A model generated the notes under the pieces. It was not told the origin of the DNA. It made no database searches and saw only the letters and a program-made list of their open reading frames with translations. 64,000 nucleotides of DNA from an uncultured Nitrospiraceae bacterium (GTDB taxonomy: Bacteria; Nitrospirota; Nitrospiria; Nitrospirales; Nitrospiraceae), in assembly GCA_963846575.1 (NCBI GenBank), contig CAWJWJ010000002.1:1952001-2016000 (forward strand), given 5' to 3'. Position 1 is the first letter of the stretch. The number at the start of each line of letters is the position of its first letter. A program made the position numbers and the translations under genes. This document shows, piece after piece, positions 39,451-51,058 of the stretch.

Positions 39451-40482
39451 TTACGATTGAAACTGTGCGGCAAGGTCGCCCGGTTTGAAAACCCCTCGTT
39501 CCGTGATAATCCCGGTGATCAAATGAGCTGGCGTGACATCAAAGGCGGGATTCAATACCGCAACGCCCTCCGGAGCAATGGGATGGCTTCCGTGGATGGC
39601 GGTAACTTCCAGGGCCTGGCGTTGCTCGATGGGAATATCTGCCCCCGATCTGGTGTTGAGGTCAATCGTGGTGTAGGGCGCCGCCACATAAAAGGGGATG
39701 TCGTGGGCCCGTGCCAGCACCGCGACCGAATACGTCCCGATTTTGTTCGCGACGTCTCCGTTTGCGGCAATGCGATCCGCGCCCACGATACAGACCTGAA
39801 TGCTGCCCTGGCGCATGAGGGCACCCGCCATGTTGTCCGTAATCAACGTGACAGGAATCTTGTCCTGCATGAGTTCCCATGCCGTCAGTCGCGCGCCCTG
39901 TAGTACCGGCCTCGTTTCATCGGCAATGACCCGAATCTGTTTCCCTTGCTCCCACGCCGCCCGAATGACGCCGAGCGCTGTCCCATATCCGGCCGTCGCC
40001 AGTGCGCCGGCATTGCAGTGCGTGAGAATCGTCTGGCCAGTGTGAATTAACGCCGCTCCGTGCCGCCCCATCGCCTTGCAGAGTGCGATGTCTTCATCGA
40101 GAATGGCTTGCGATTCCTGGACCAGTGCCTCCTGAATCGCGTCTATGGCCTGCCCCTGAAGACCCGCAAGTTTCTGTTTCATCCTGGCCAGTGCCCAGAA
40201 GAGATTCACGGCTGTCGGCCTTGATGCGGCCAAATGGTCGCAAATGTCTCCGACTGCCTGCACGAATTCCTCGTAGGTCGTGGTGTCCAGCGAACGGGCC
40301 CCCAACGCCACGCCCATGGCCGCGGTGACTCCGATGGCCGGAGCGCCGCGGACCTTCAGATCCCGGATGGCTCGCGCCACCGTTTGATAATCGCGGCACT
40401 CTATGAATTCGACATGGGTCGGGAGCCGGCTTTGGTCTAGCAGCCGAATGGCCCCGTTCTTCCACTCGACAGTGGGCACCAT
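39451..40482 (-). CDS. mtnA: S-methyl-5-thioribose-1-phosphate isomerase
   Basis: [60 protein letters not shown]; start MVPTVEW at 40482. Confidence 0.96.
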   Translation of the reverse strand: MVPTVEWKNGAIRLLDQSRLPTHVEFIECRDYQTVARAIRDLKVRGAPAIGVTAAMGVALGARSLDTTTYEEFVQAVGDICDHLAASRPTAVNLFWALARMKQKLAGLQGQAIDAIQEALVQESQAILDEDIALCKAMGRHGAALIHTGQTILTHCNAGALATAGYGTALGVIRAAWEQGKQIRVIADETRPVLQGARLTAWELMQDKIPVTLITDNMAGALMRQGSIQVCIVGADRIAANGDVANKIGTYSVAVLARAHDIPFYVAAPYTTIDLNTRSGADIPIEQRQALEVTAIHGSHPIAPEGVAVLNPAFDVTPAHLITGIITERGVFKPGDLAAQFQS

Positions 40483-40671
40483 ACTGAGCCTTTTCAGAGG
40501 GTTCAGGGTTGCGATTGAGGAAAGGACCGACCGTCCCCTCGTGGTCGGCTCGGTAATCGTATCCATCATGACGAACACCCATGTATCGGTCAAGAGTGAG
40601 ATTGGATTGTGCGGAACCACGGGCTGCCGGTCGGTGTCGACCCGGGATCCCGCCAACGGTGAGACTACGCT

Positions 40672-41740
40672 CTACCGGAGTTCGTCCTGCAGGATTTGTG
40701 CAACCTGCCTGATTTCTCCCTCGGTCAGCGATGGATGAATCGGTAGCGAGATCGCGGCACCATCGGCCTCGTCGCTGGCAGGAAAGTCGGATAGCTCCAG
40801 GTAGCGATGCAGGGGCCGGAACACCGGTTTACGGCACTGCACGCCCCGATGAGCCAACCGCGAAAGATAGGCCGTGAACTCATCGGGTGATTGCAACCCT
40901 TTCGGCAACCGTACGACAAAACGATAATAGCAATGGGTATGGCCGGGCGGGATTGAGGGCAATGTAAAAATCTGCGCTGGTAACGCGTCACAATAGACCG
41001 AGGCCAACAAGGCTCGCTGATCCAGAAACGCTCCGAGCTGATTCAGCTGCGCCACTCCCACTGCGGCTTGGATATCGGTCATCTTGTAGTTGCAGGCTGA
41101 CGCATGGAGCGACGGGGCTTGATCGTACTCACGAAGCTCGCGCACCCGGTCGAGCAGGTCCGCATCATTCGACAGCACCATTCCGCCTTCTCCCGTGCAG
41201 AGCAGTTTGGTGGCATAGAACGAGCAGACTGTCAGCAGACCGACGGTCCCCACGAAACGCCCCTGTTCGGTCGCGCCCAGCGTCTGCGCGCAATCCTCGA
41301 TCAGAGGAACGCCGAGCGATTGCAACGCACTGAGGTCCGCTGACAGCCCGAACATGTGTGGAACGATAACCGCGCGCGTGCGGGCCGTGCGGACTTTGCG
41401 AACCTTGTGCGGGTCAATATTGTAGGTTTCCGGATCGATGTCCACGATGCGAGCCTGGGCGCCGACCCGCTGCACCGCCAGCCATGGAGCCGAGCAGACA
41501 TAACTGGGAAGAATCACATTGTCGCCGTGCCCGACCCCGAGCGCACGCAGCGCCAGTTCCAGGGCGACCGTGCCGGATGTCACCGCGACACCACCTTGTA
41601 AGCCGAAGATAGGCCGACATCCCCCGTTCGAATTGGGCGACCGCCGGACCTTGAGCAACGTGGCCGGACCGAATGACCTCGGTGACGGCCCGCACCTCTT
41701 CTGAGCCTAGGGAGGGTCGGGAGTGAGGAATCATCTCCAT
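40672..41740 (-). pseudogene. DegT/DnrJ/EryC1/StrS sugar aminotransferase split by a +1 frameshift at ~41607 (probable assembly error)
   Basis: MIPHSRP...SGHVAQGPAVAQFE, then GVAVTSGT.AL, IEDCAQ, SFYATK (PLP Lys), TGEGG. TAT CTT CGG C read as TAT CTC GGC restores AYLGLQGG. Confidence 0.92.
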
Positions 41741-42018
41741 CGCATCACGGATGGCGGCTCATGAGCAGCCATGGGGGAAGGAAACCGTCAAGATGGGGTT
41801 CAGAGGTACCATTCGGGGCAAATTCTACGTTTCAGACCTCAGGAATACAACTGTCTCCTGCAGTCCCTGTATTCCCGCCGTCAGAACGGATATCGGTGCG
41901 GCAAGGACCATGTTGAAACAGGCCTGGGGGCCGCCGAAGGATCATTCACATGCCCTGGGCCCTCTCACATGTGCCACCTCAGGTCCATGGCTGAGGGAGG
42001 CCACTTCGGCCGGGGGCG

Positions 42019-43197
42019 CTAACATGCGACGGCATTCGGAGTGAGCAATTCCTGATACAGCTGGTTTAAGGGCCAGAGGCAGCTTTCCCAATCGTACCAG
42101 ACCTCGGCCTGATTACGAGCTGCACGCGAAAATCGTTCGCGGTCGGCCTGACTGGTCAGCAACGTATGAACCGATTCAGCCATGTCGGCCGGTTGATCAG
42201 CGATGAGTAAATCTCTCCCGGGTTGTACCTTTATTCCTTCAATGGCGATAGAGGAGGTGATGATCGGCAATCCTCCGGCCATGGCCTCGAGCAACCTCAT
42301 TCTGACTCCCGAACCGGCGACGTGGGGAGCCACGTAAATCGTCGCGGCGCGCAAATGGGGCCGGATGTCAGGCACGGCCCCCGTCACCACAATGCCGGAG
42401 CCTGCCAGGCGTCGTATACTGGGGTCGGTTTCTCCCACCAGCCGCAACTCTGCCTGGGGAAAATCCCGGCGAATCGCAGGAAACACGTCGGAGGCGAGCA
42501 GAAGCGCCGCTTCGATGTGGGATTCGCACGTCATGTCGCCGGTGAACAAGAGAACAGGAGACGTGGTCGTATGATCAGGCCTGGGAAGTATCGTCCGACA
42601 GTCTACGCCGTCGGGAACCACCAGCACGCGCCGCCCGGGGTGGCCGCGCTCACAACGGATACGGTCCTCGTCTGCAGCCACCACGGTACAATAGGTGGCC
42701 GGCCAGCGATATTTATCAAACAGCCCGGTTTTGATCAGGCGCACCATGTGCGTCGATCGGCCGACTGCGTCCGTACCGCCACTCAGGGAACGCGACGGCT
42801 GCGCCTCACCGTAAGCCCAGACGCCGAGTACAAGCGGGACGGTCATCTTGGATGGCACACAGGGGATCATCGCAAGCGTTTCCACCTGTACCGCACCGTA
42901 CTCCCCGGTCGCCAACCGCTCTTGAACGAGGGCGGCCAGGGCCTTGTCTTTGACGTAGGAACCCCTGTGTCTGATACGCTCGAGCAACCCAGGCCGCTGA
43001 GGCGTAAGCTGCACCATTTCGACCGCCACACCGTCCAACAGTGGCCCTATCTTCTCCATCCATTCTGGCAACGGAACAATCAGATCCACCTGGAATCGGC
43101 GGCCTAAAAATCGAAGCAGGTGGAGCATCCTCAAGGCATCCCTGCCCTGCCGGTCTGACGGGGGTTCGGGAGCTATGAACAGCAGACGCTTTGCCAT
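42019..43197 (-). CDS. GT4 glycosyltransferase
   Basis: VVPDGVD, LFTGDM, YVAPH..GSGVRMRLLEAMAGGLP; start MAKRLL at 43197 with AAGG RBS. Confidence 0.85.
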   Translation of the reverse strand: MAKRLLFIAPEPPSDRQGRDALRMLHLLRFLGRRFQVDLIVPLPEWMEKIGPLLDGVAVEMVQLTPQRPGLLERIRHRGSYVKDKALAALVQERLATGEYGAVQVETLAMIPCVPSKMTVPLVLGVWAYGEAQPSRSLSGGTDAVGRSTHMVRLIKTGLFDKYRWPATYCTVVAADEDRIRCERGHPGRRVLVVPDGVDCRTILPRPDHTTTSPVLLFTGDMTCESHIEAALLLASDVFPAIRRDFPQAELRLVGETDPSIRRLAGSGIVVTGAVPDIRPHLRAATIYVAPHVAGSGVRMRLLEAMAGGLPIITSSIAIEGIKVQPGRDLLIADQPADMAESVHTLLTSQADRERFSRAARNQAEVWYDWESCLWPLNQLYQELLTPNAVAC

Positions 43198-43394
43198 CGT
43201 GCCCTTCCTTGCTGTCTGGCCATCATTCCGGCACAACCTCGGGGCTGGCCTGGCATCTTTTCGAATACTGCACTCTCACAGACGTTTAAAGGGCACGGCC
43301 AGCGCTCGTCAGCGCGGAACTACATCATCGTACGACTGGGGTGAGGCATGGCCTCACTCGTCAGGATGAACGCTGATACGAACATACTGATGCC

Positions 43395-43488
43395 TGCATG
43401 TGTCATGCCCTGCCCGGTCGCTTTGGCCGCCATACAATATTGATTACTTACGTCAGAAACAGAACCCCAAGACGCGTCGGAATTGACA
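43395..43488 (-). promoter_or_regulatory. Candidate sigma54 promoter with IHF-like site upstream of the GT4-DegT pair
   Basis: GGGCATGACACATGCA at 43410-43395 (GG-N10-GC); AATCAATATTGTA at 43445-43433 (one mismatch to the IHF consensus); TGTCAATTCCGACG at 43488-43475. Confidence 0.5.
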
Positions 43489-43596
43489 AGCTGACCAGGC
43501 CGTTGACGGGTCATGGCCTGCTGGGAGGGGTAGCAATCGCCCCCTTGGGGGGGAAGATCGAAGCAATGCGGACAGCTGTACCCTATGACCGCTGGC

Positions 43597-46149
43597 TTAT
43601 ATCCAATTCCATCGGTGCCATAAGCGTACGAAATTATCCAGTTCGATCGCCCAGGGACCTGGCTCGGTAATCGCCTGCTGAAGCTTCCATTCCCGGGCAC
43701 TGTGGACCGTGAGACGTGCCTGCTTCAGATCGAGATCCACCCAGATCGCTCCCTCCCGATCCGTTCTCCAGAGCTGTGCTCCCACCGACCGGTAGGCTGC
43801 TAATACCTCCCCGACCGGATGCCCATAGGGATTGCGTCGGCCGGAGGACACTACGGCAATTTCCGGGCGTATCGAGTCCAGCCAGTTGCGCTCCATTGAA
43901 CTTAACGCCCCATGATGGGGCACCTTCAGGAGCGTGACATGGCCAAGACTTCCGGATCGATTCAACCGTGCCAAAGCCGGACGTTCGATGTCTCCGGTGA
44001 ACAACATCCGTCGGTCGCCGCAGGTAAGTTCGGTGACAACCGACCGGTTGTTGAGCGATTCGCCTCGCCTTCCAGATGGGTCCTCTTGCTTTGCAGGTGG
44101 ACTCGCAATACTCATCGAACAACCAGGGCCTGAATAAATTTCTTGTCCCTCCGTCGCGACCCTCGCTGGAATATGGTGCTGGACAAGGGTGGTTTCGATC
44201 CGTCGCCAGAAGGTTTCCTTCCGCGTTTCACCGTTGGTCCAAAACCTTTCGACCTGAAGATGTTCCAGAATCCAGGCTAACCCTCCGACATGGTCCAGTT
44301 GCGGATGCGTGCCGATGACGTGGGATATTTTTCGTATCCCTCGATTCCAGAGGAAAGGAGCCACCACGTTTCGCCCCATATCGAATCGTTCGTACGACGC
44401 GCCCCCATCGATGACGACCACTTGTCCGGCGGGTAATTCGATCACCGCGCTATCCCCCTGCCCCACGTCGAGGAAGGTCACTCGCACCTGTCCCTCGCGA
44501 CTGAATGGTCGAGGAGACCAGAGCCACCAGCTCATGATACACAACAATCCGACAAGCAGGGCCGCTCTCAACCACCCATCGGCGCGGGCGGGTCTCCCTG
44601 TCAGCAAGGCCCACCCAAGGACATAGAAGAGCAGCATGGTAGGAAGCGACGGAGCCGCGACGAACCATTCGGCGCCCGGCAGGGAGGTCAGTCCATGAGT
44701 CGCAGAGATGAGGCCCTGACAAAGGGCATCAATGACGGCAGCTCCGGGTACCGTCCCGCTGTGAGCCGCAATGGTCCAAACAGCCGAGAACAGACAAACC
44801 GGCAGCAATACAAAGCCGACGAAGGGCACCGTGAGAAGGTTTGCAAAAAGTCCGATCCAGGACACCTGGTTGAAATAGCATGCGACCAGAGGCATGGTCG
44901 CCAGCGACACCAATGCGGTAAGTCGGACGGACTCGCCCAGCCAATGCCAAACCTGTCCGGATTTCGATCGCATGGGGTCCAGCCATTCTTTCTTCGAGAT
45001 CTCGCGCTGGAGAGCTAACGCCAGAACCCATACCGACATATAGGAGAGCTGGAACGAAATGTCGTAGAGCACGGCAGGGTGCGCCAGCAAGGTCACGCCG
45101 GCGGCCGCCGCAAGGGCGTGTAGGATATAGTGCGGTGCACCGAGCCAGACTGTCCAGAGCGCAACGGCAAGCATGATGGATGAACGGATCGTGGCCGTTT
45201 CCGCTCCGGCTAAGACCGTGTAGGCCGCTACAGGGAGCAAGGTCAGCAGCGCCGCGGATCTGGTGGGAGTCAACCATCGGGAAAGGCTAAGCAGCATTAG
45301 CGGAGGAAGCCACAAGCACGCCCTCCGAATCACCGTAAAAGACAGCAGCGCAATGAGTCCGAGGTGTGATCCTGAGATGGAGAGGATATGAACCGTGCCG
45401 GTCGTCATGAACCACTCACGGACCTCGGGCGCCAAGAATCCCTGCTCCCCAATAGTCAGGCTCAGGAAGAGCCCCCGGCTAGGCTGAGGAAGTCGTTCCG
45501 CCGCCGATCGCACCCGGCTCCGCCATCCTTCGATGAGGGACGGAAATGAGTGAAATAGCGCTCCTCGCTCAGAGTCCAGCACCTCCACGGCGCCGGCGCC
45601 GGAGACCGATCCGACGGCATCCACACCCTGCGCCTCGAGATAGGCCGCATAATCGAAGCCTTTTGGGTTGAGGGTGCCGGCGGGAGTATGTAGTCTGGTC
45701 CGTGTTTGAATCCGCAGTCCACTGTAGAGATCCCGATCCGGATCACGCCAGGCAAGGCGCAGATGGAACGGGACGGCGGACGAGGGATCGTCGACGGCGG
45801 ACGAGGGATCGTCGACGGCGGACACCTCCACCAGGGCGGTCAACCGCCCCGGCGAATGATGGACGGCCTCAACGATCGTGCCTTCGATCCGTGCAGGGAG
45901 ACTGCTCTGGCTCTCGAGAATCAGAGCGTGAGGAGTGAGCCAGGCGTAAAGGGTCCAGTAGAGACATCCGCCGGCTACACAGGCAAACAGCACCTGGCTA
46001 CGTCCTGGCGCCAGCAGGCCCCGGATCTCCAGGACCGTGAGAAGTCCTACCGTCCCGATTAAAAAAAAGACTACGCTGAAAGGAAAATATGGCAGGTACG
46101 AACCGACGAGGAGCCCGATGATAAAGGTAATTGTAAAAACTGGCAGCAT
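43597..46149 (-). CDS. comEC: DNA internalisation competence protein ComEC/Rec2
   Basis: NPKGFDY, HILSISGSH, SFQLSY, FLDVGQGD, THPQLDHVGG, LKVPHHG, NPYGHP. Confidence 0.96.
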   Translation of the reverse strand: MLPVFTITFIIGLLVGSYLPYFPFSVVFFLIGTVGLLTVLEIRGLLAPGRSQVLFACVAGGCLYWTLYAWLTPHALILESQSSLPARIEGTIVEAVHHSPGRLTALVEVSAVDDPSSAVDDPSSAVPFHLRLAWRDPDRDLYSGLRIQTRTRLHTPAGTLNPKGFDYAAYLEAQGVDAVGSVSGAGAVEVLDSERGALFHSFPSLIEGWRSRVRSAAERLPQPSRGLFLSLTIGEQGFLAPEVREWFMTTGTVHILSISGSHLGLIALLSFTVIRRACLWLPPLMLLSLSRWLTPTRSAALLTLLPVAAYTVLAGAETATIRSSIMLAVALWTVWLGAPHYILHALAAAAGVTLLAHPAVLYDISFQLSYMSVWVLALALQREISKKEWLDPMRSKSGQVWHWLGESVRLTALVSLATMPLVACYFNQVSWIGLFANLLTVPFVGFVLLPVCLFSAVWTIAAHSGTVPGAAVIDALCQGLISATHGLTSLPGAEWFVAAPSLPTMLLFYVLGWALLTGRPARADGWLRAALLVGLLCIMSWWLWSPRPFSREGQVRVTFLDVGQGDSAVIELPAGQVVVIDGGASYERFDMGRNVVAPFLWNRGIRKISHVIGTHPQLDHVGGLAWILEHLQVERFWTNGETRKETFWRRIETTLVQHHIPARVATEGQEIYSGPGCSMSIASPPAKQEDPSGRRGESLNNRSVVTELTCGDRRMLFTGDIERPALARLNRSGSLGHVTLLKVPHHGALSSMERNWLDSIRPEIAVVSSGRRNPYGHPVGEVLAAYRSVGAQLWRTDREGAIWVDLDLKQARLTVHSAREWKLQQAITEPGPWAIELDNFVRLWHRWNWI
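45772..45823. repeat. Perfect 21-bp tandem repeat (about 2.5 copies) inside comEC
   Basis: Unit GACGGCGGACGAGGGATCGTC at 45772 and 45793, partial copy at 45814; encodes SAVDDPS-SAVDDPS-SAV. Confidence 0.95.
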
Positions 46150-46175
46150 CCGGCGCCTGCGCAGAGGGCTTGATG

Positions 46176-47525
46176 CTATCCGATACGGGCGCGAACGAGT
46201 TCCGCAAGATGATCGGCGACCGCTCGAATCATCGTATCGCGCTCGCCCTCAACCATGATTCGCAGCAAAGCTTCGGTGCCGGAATAGCGAACCAGCACGC
46301 GGCCGCTCCCGTTGAGGGTCGCTTCCGCAGTCTTGATCGCCTGCTGAATATCCGGCATCTGAGTCAAATCCGGCTTATGCTTGACTCGAACATTAAGCAG
46401 GACTTGAGGGACAGCAGTCATCGCCTTGGCAAGTTCAGAGAGGGGTCTCCCGGTGCGCTTCATCAGCGAGAGAATCTGAAGCGCCGAGATCAATCCGTCG
46501 CCAGTGGTATTATGATCCAGGAAAATGAAATGGCCTGATTGTTCCCCGCCGAAATTATACCCATCGGCCAGCATGCGCTCCATGAGGTACCGGTCGCCGA
46601 CAGGCGTTCGCATTAATTGAATCCCGGCCTTTTTCATGGCCAGCTCCAATCCGAAATTGCTCATTACGGTTCCCACGACGGTCTTACAAGCCAGTTGACC
46701 TTGCGCATGAAGATCGAGCCCCAGCGCGGCCATTACATGGTCACCGTCAATCAGCTGGCCTTGCTCACAGACGAAAATCGCCCGGTCGGCATCGCCGTCC
46801 AGGGCAATGCCGATATGGGCACCATGTCGACGAACGGCCTCCTGCAGTCGTTCCGGATGCACGGCGCCGCACCCGTCATTGATATTCATGCCATCCGGGG
46901 TGTTTGCGATGACTTCGATCTCCGCGCCTAATTCACGGAGTACGGCAGGCGCAACTTTGTAGGCTGCGCCGTTGGCACAGTCCACGACCAGCTTCACACC
47001 TTGAAGATCGAGGTCTTTGGGAAGCGAGCGCTTCACAAACTCAATGTAGCGTCCTTCTGCGTCGCCGATACGGTAGGCTTTTCCAATGGCATCTGCAGTC
47101 GGGCGAAGGTGTTTGATCTCGTCGGAAATGATCAACTGCTCTATGCGGGCCTCGACTTCGTCAGGGAGTTTGAATCCTTCGCTCGAAAAGAATTTGATGC
47201 CATTATCTTGATATGGATTATGCGAAGCCGAAATGACCACCCCGGCGTCTGCCCGCAGGCTCCGCGTAAGAAAGGCAATGGCCGGGGTCGGCAGGGGGCC
47301 GACCAACAAGACATCCACTCCCATCGAACAGATGCCTGAGGTCAAGGCCGATTCCAACATGTATCCCGATAATCGCGTGTCCTTCCCGATGACGACCTGA
47401 TGACGACCGGCGCGCCGCATGAAAATATGGGCAGCGGCACGCCCCAATTGCATCGCGATTTCACTGGTCATGGGTTCGAGATTCGCCACGCCGCGAACGC
47501 CGTCTGTGCCAAACAGTTTACGCAT
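46176..47525 (-). CDS. glmM: Phosphoglucosamine mutase
   Basis: [35 protein letters not shown]. Confidence 0.98.
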   Translation of the reverse strand: MRKLFGTDGVRGVANLEPMTSEIAMQLGRAAAHIFMRRAGRHQVVIGKDTRLSGYMLESALTSGICSMGVDVLLVGPLPTPAIAFLTRSLRADAGVVISASHNPYQDNGIKFFSSEGFKLPDEVEARIEQLIISDEIKHLRPTADAIGKAYRIGDAEGRYIEFVKRSLPKDLDLQGVKLVVDCANGAAYKVAPAVLRELGAEIEVIANTPDGMNINDGCGAVHPERLQEAVRRHGAHIGIALDGDADRAIFVCEQGQLIDGDHVMAALGLDLHAQGQLACKTVVGTVMSNFGLELAMKKAGIQLMRTPVGDRYLMERMLADGYNFGGEQSGHFIFLDHNTTGDGLISALQILSLMKRTGRPLSELAKAMTAVPQVLLNVRVKHKPDLTQMPDIQQAIKTAEATLNGSGRVLVRYSGTEALLRIMVEGERDTMIRAVADHLAELVRARIG

Positions 47526-48414
47526 GAGATCCCTCTACACCGGAACGCACGTGACGGGCAATGGCTGACACGACGGAAGCCGTGTCCCGCATGGCTCTGA
47601 CGTCATGCACACGAATGATATCGACGCCTTTCAGGACGGCCACTGCGACCGCGCCGGCCGTGCCATAGCCTCTCTCCTGCACCGGTTGTTGCACCAGTGC
47701 GCCGATGAACTGTTTGCGGGACAGTCCCGCGAGGATGGGATACCCGAGATTCTTGAGCCTCGCAAAATCCGCCAACAGCCGAAGATTATGCTCTTGGAGC
47801 TTACCAAAACCAAAGCCCGGGTCAAGGATGATCTGACTTCTCCGTATGCCCTGATCCATAGCCGCCTGGGCCCGTGCTGCTAGAAAGCAAGACACTTCCT
47901 CCACGACGTTCTGGTAATGAGCCGACTTCTGCATCGTGAGCGGGGTTCCTGGCATATGCATCAGCACGATCGCGGCACCGGTTTCCGACACCAATGCCGC
48001 CATCAAGGGATCACCCCGTAGAGCCGTGATGTCGTTGACAATGGAAGCGCCAGCCTGAATGGCACGCCGGGCCACAGCGGCTTTGGTGGTATCCACGGAT
48101 ATAGGAAGGGGGATCGCCTCATGGACGGCTTCTAGAACAGGAATCAGGCGCCGAAGCTCCTCGGTCTGGTCAATGGGGTGAGCACCAGGCCTGGAGGATT
48201 CGGCGCCGATGTCTATGATATCGGCGCCTTCGGCCTGCATTTGCTTGGCACGGTGCAAAGCTTGTTCGACAGTGACATACGCGCCACCGTCTGAAAATGA
48301 ATCGGGGGTGACGTTTAGAATCCCCATGATCAGAGGACGCGATCCCAAACTGAGCATCTGCGATCGCGCTGTCACAGCAAACACTCCCGGGGGACTGGCA
48401 GTAGTACTGGTCAA
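47518..48414 (-). CDS. folP: Dihydropteroate synthase
   Basis: [37 protein letters not shown]; likely TTG start at 48414 after GAGGGGGG. Confidence 0.97.
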   Translation of the reverse strand: MTSTTASPPGVFAVTARSQMLSLGSRPLIMGILNVTPDSFSDGGAYVTVEQALHRAKQMQAEGADIIDIGAESSRPGAHPIDQTEELRRLIPVLEAVHEAIPLPISVDTTKAAVARRAIQAGASIVNDITALRGDPLMAALVSETGAAIVLMHMPGTPLTMQKSAHYQNVVEEVSCFLAARAQAAMDQGIRRSQIILDPGFGFGKLQEHNLRLLADFARLKNLGYPILAGLSRKQFIGALVQQPVQERGYGTAGAVAVAVLKGVDIIRVHDVRAMRDTASVVSAIARHVRSGVEGSHA

Positions 48415-48552
48415 TACACATCCCCCCTCGTTGACGGCGGCCCATTCGGACGCTAGGGAGCGACACATGAGCACGGCGGAAAGGCAATGAAGGCTACACT
48501 CCCATGTAGGAGAAGTCTATCCAAACCTTGGCATAGAATTGAAAGAAACCAC

Positions 48553-48592
48553 CTGCGTTGCAGGGGCATCGTGTGATGCCCCTGCAACGCAG
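48553..48592 (-). terminator. Perfect 18-bp hairpin after ftsH (probable intrinsic terminator or stabiliser)
   Basis: CTGCGTTGCAGGGGCATC-GTGT-GATGCCCCTGCAACGCAG, followed on the minus strand by GTGGTTTCTTTC. Confidence 0.75.
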
Positions 48593-48601
48593 AAGTGCGT
48601 G

Positions 48602-50416
48602 TTAGGCGGGAACGGTCTGCGGTGAAGAACCTTGAATAATGATCTGATCGATCTCCAGCGCGTCCAATACTTCTTTTTCCAGCAACGCTTCAGCGAGAGC
48701 CTTAAGACTCGTCATGTTGTCAGTCAGAATGCGCTTGGCACGTTCGTAATTTTCGGTGACCAAACGTCTAACCTCATGATCAATTTCCAATGCTACCTGC
48801 TCGCTAAAATCACGTTTCGTGGCAATCTCTCGGCCCAGGAATATTTCCTCTTCCTTTCTGCCGAACGTCAGAGGGCCCAGCTTCTCACTCATGCCCCACT
48901 CGCACACCATCTTCCTGGCAAGGTCTGTGGCCCGCTCCAGATCATTCCCTGCTCCAGTCGTCACATCGTGCAGCACCAACTCCTCCGCAACGCGCCCGCC
49001 CATGAGGATGGCGAGATTATTGTAGAGAAAGTCCTTAGAGTAGTTGTGCCGGTCATCGGTCGGGAGCTGCATGGTCACGCCAAGCGCCCTACCTCGAGGA
49101 ATAATTGTCACTTTATGAACGGGATCAGTGCCGGGCAATAGCTTGGCCATGAGTGCGTGACCGGCCTCATGATAAGCCGTGGTGCGCTTCTCTTCATCGC
49201 TGAGCACCATGCTCTTACGTTCCGCGCCCATCAAGACTTTGTCTTTTGCCATTTCAAAGTCGATCAGCTCAACCTCTTTCTTGTTCCACCGGGCCGCCCA
49301 GAGCGCAGCCTCGTTCACAAGATTTTCGAGGTCGGCACCCGAGAATCCTGGGGTTCCACGAGCAATCTTCTCCAGTTCGACATCCGATGCTAACGGAACC
49401 TTTTTCGTATGGACCTTCAGGATTTCGGAGCGGCCACGTAGATCCGGCCGGTTCACCACGACCTGGCGATCGAAACGGCCAGGGCGAAGCAAGGCCGGAT
49501 CCAGCACATCAGGGCGGTTTGTGGCCGCGATCAAGATAACGCCCTCCGTTGTATCGAAGCCGTCCATCTCGACCAATAATTGGTTCAGCGTTTGCTCTCG
49601 CTCGTCATGACCACCGCCGAGACCCGCACCACGCAAGCGACCGACCGCATCGATCTCATCAATGAAGATGATGCAGGGAGCATGTTTTTTCCCTTGCTCG
49701 AAAAGATCCCGCACCCTGGACGCACCGACGCCGACAAACATTTCCACGAAGTCGGACCCACTGATGCTGAAGAACGGAACCCCCGCCTCCCCGGCGATGG
49801 CTTTGGCCAGCAACGTTTTTCCGGTGCCTGGAGGGCCCACGATGAGGACACCTTTTGGAATACGCCCGCCGAGCTTCTGAAACTTTCTTGGATCTTTCAG
49901 AAACTCGATGATTTCGAGTACTTCTTCCTTGGCTTCCTCAATACCTGCCACATCCGAAAAGGTGACCTTCTTCCGTTCTTCGGTCAGCATTCTGGCGCGA
50001 CTCTTTCCGAAGGAGAGCGCTTTATTGCCGCCGATTTGCATCTGGCGCATGAGGAAAAACCAGAGACCAAGGAACAGGATAAAAGGTCCCCAGGTGACCA
50101 GGAAAGTGATGTACCAGGGACTTTCGTCAGGCGGACGAGCTTCGATCTGAACATCTTTTTCGCGTAGATGCTTCACCAATTCCGGATACTCGGCCGTGTA
50201 GGTCCGTATTCGGCTTTGGTCCTTCAAAATCGCGCTGATGTGGTTAGCCTTGATGGTCACTTTCATGACCTCGCCTTTGTCCAGCTTGGCCATGAAATCG
50301 CTGAATATGACTTCATCTTCCGGCGCGTGGGTCGGCACGCTAAACAGATTAAATAACAAAATCATGAACAAGCCGACGACGACCCAGAACAACAGATTCT
50401 TTACCCGTGAATTCAT
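48602..50416 (-). CDS. ftsH: ATP-dependent zinc metalloprotease FtsH
   Basis: Two TM helices, [22 protein letters not shown]. Confidence 0.99.
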   Translation of the reverse strand: MNSRVKNLLFWVVVGLFMILLFNLFSVPTHAPEDEVIFSDFMAKLDKGEVMKVTIKANHISAILKDQSRIRTYTAEYPELVKHLREKDVQIEARPPDESPWYITFLVTWGPFILFLGLWFFLMRQMQIGGNKALSFGKSRARMLTEERKKVTFSDVAGIEEAKEEVLEIIEFLKDPRKFQKLGGRIPKGVLIVGPPGTGKTLLAKAIAGEAGVPFFSISGSDFVEMFVGVGASRVRDLFEQGKKHAPCIIFIDEIDAVGRLRGAGLGGGHDEREQTLNQLLVEMDGFDTTEGVILIAATNRPDVLDPALLRPGRFDRQVVVNRPDLRGRSEILKVHTKKVPLASDVELEKIARGTPGFSGADLENLVNEAALWAARWNKKEVELIDFEMAKDKVLMGAERKSMVLSDEEKRTTAYHEAGHALMAKLLPGTDPVHKVTIIPRGRALGVTMQLPTDDRHNYSKDFLYNNLAILMGGRVAEELVLHDVTTGAGNDLERATDLARKMVCEWGMSEKLGPLTFGRKEEEIFLGREIATKRDFSEQVALEIDHEVRRLVTENYERAKRILTDNMTSLKALAEALLEKEVLDALEIDQIIIQGSSPQTVPA

Positions 50417-50504
50417 CCACCTCTCCTTTGAGGAAATTAGGCAGACTGCACATTCTGATAACCCTGCAGGATGTTACCATAGGTTCCGCAGGGGTAACAA
50501 CCAT

Positions 50505-51056
50505 TCATGCAGACTCTTGCTCCCGTTCATCAGCCTGATCAAGTGCAGCCAGGTAAGGAAGGTTGCGATACTTCTGTTGATAGTCAAGCCCATAGCCGAC
50601 GACGAATCGGTTTGGGATCTTGAACCCTACATATTCCAGATCCACCTCGACTGTCCTACGCTCAGGTTTACTGAGCAGCGTACACACCTTCAGCGATCGT
50701 GGTTTTCTCCTGGACAAGGTCTTGAGGAGATGCTGGATCGTGAGGCCCGAATCCACAATATCCTCCACCAGCAGCACATCCTTCCCCGCGATCGGCTCCG
50801 TCAGGTCCGACACCAGTTTAACCTTCCCGGAGCTTTTTTTGCCGGTTCCGTAACTTGTGACGACGATAAACTCCACCCGCATCGGAATCCGGATAGCCCG
50901 TGCCAGGTCGGCATAAAAGGCATAGGCCCCCTTAAGCACACCCACCAGCACCAAATCCTTTCCGGCATAGTCGGAGGCAATTTGCTTGCCGAGTTCTCGG
51001 ATCCGCGTCCGCATTTGTTCTTGGGTCACGATGGGACGACCAAAAATGCGTTCCAT
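50505..51056 (-). CDS. hpt: Hypoxanthine phosphoribosyltransferase
   Basis: VLLVEDIVDSGLT, FVVGYGLDY..KYRNLPY. Confidence 0.97.
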   Translation of the reverse strand: MERIFGRPIVTQEQMRTRIRELGKQIASDYAGKDLVLVGVLKGAYAFYADLARAIRIPMRVEFIVVTSYGTGKKSSGKVKLVSDLTEPIAGKDVLLVEDIVDSGLTIQHLLKTLSRRKPRSLKVCTLLSKPERRTVEVDLEYVGFKIPNRFVVGYGLDYQQKYRNLPYLAALDQADEREQESA

Positions 51057-51058
51057 TC

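Noticed and set aside
40483..40671. SAM riboswitch or attenuator upstream of mtnA
   Set aside because: Only scattered resemblance (GAGGGGAC, GCAACC) and a 6-bp hairpin CCGACC/GGTCGG; the SAM-I P1/P3/P4 core could not be built. An Rfam cmscan would settle it.
45772..45823. CRISPR-like repeat
   Set aside because: Contiguous tandem copies without spacers, in frame within comEC; no cas genes.
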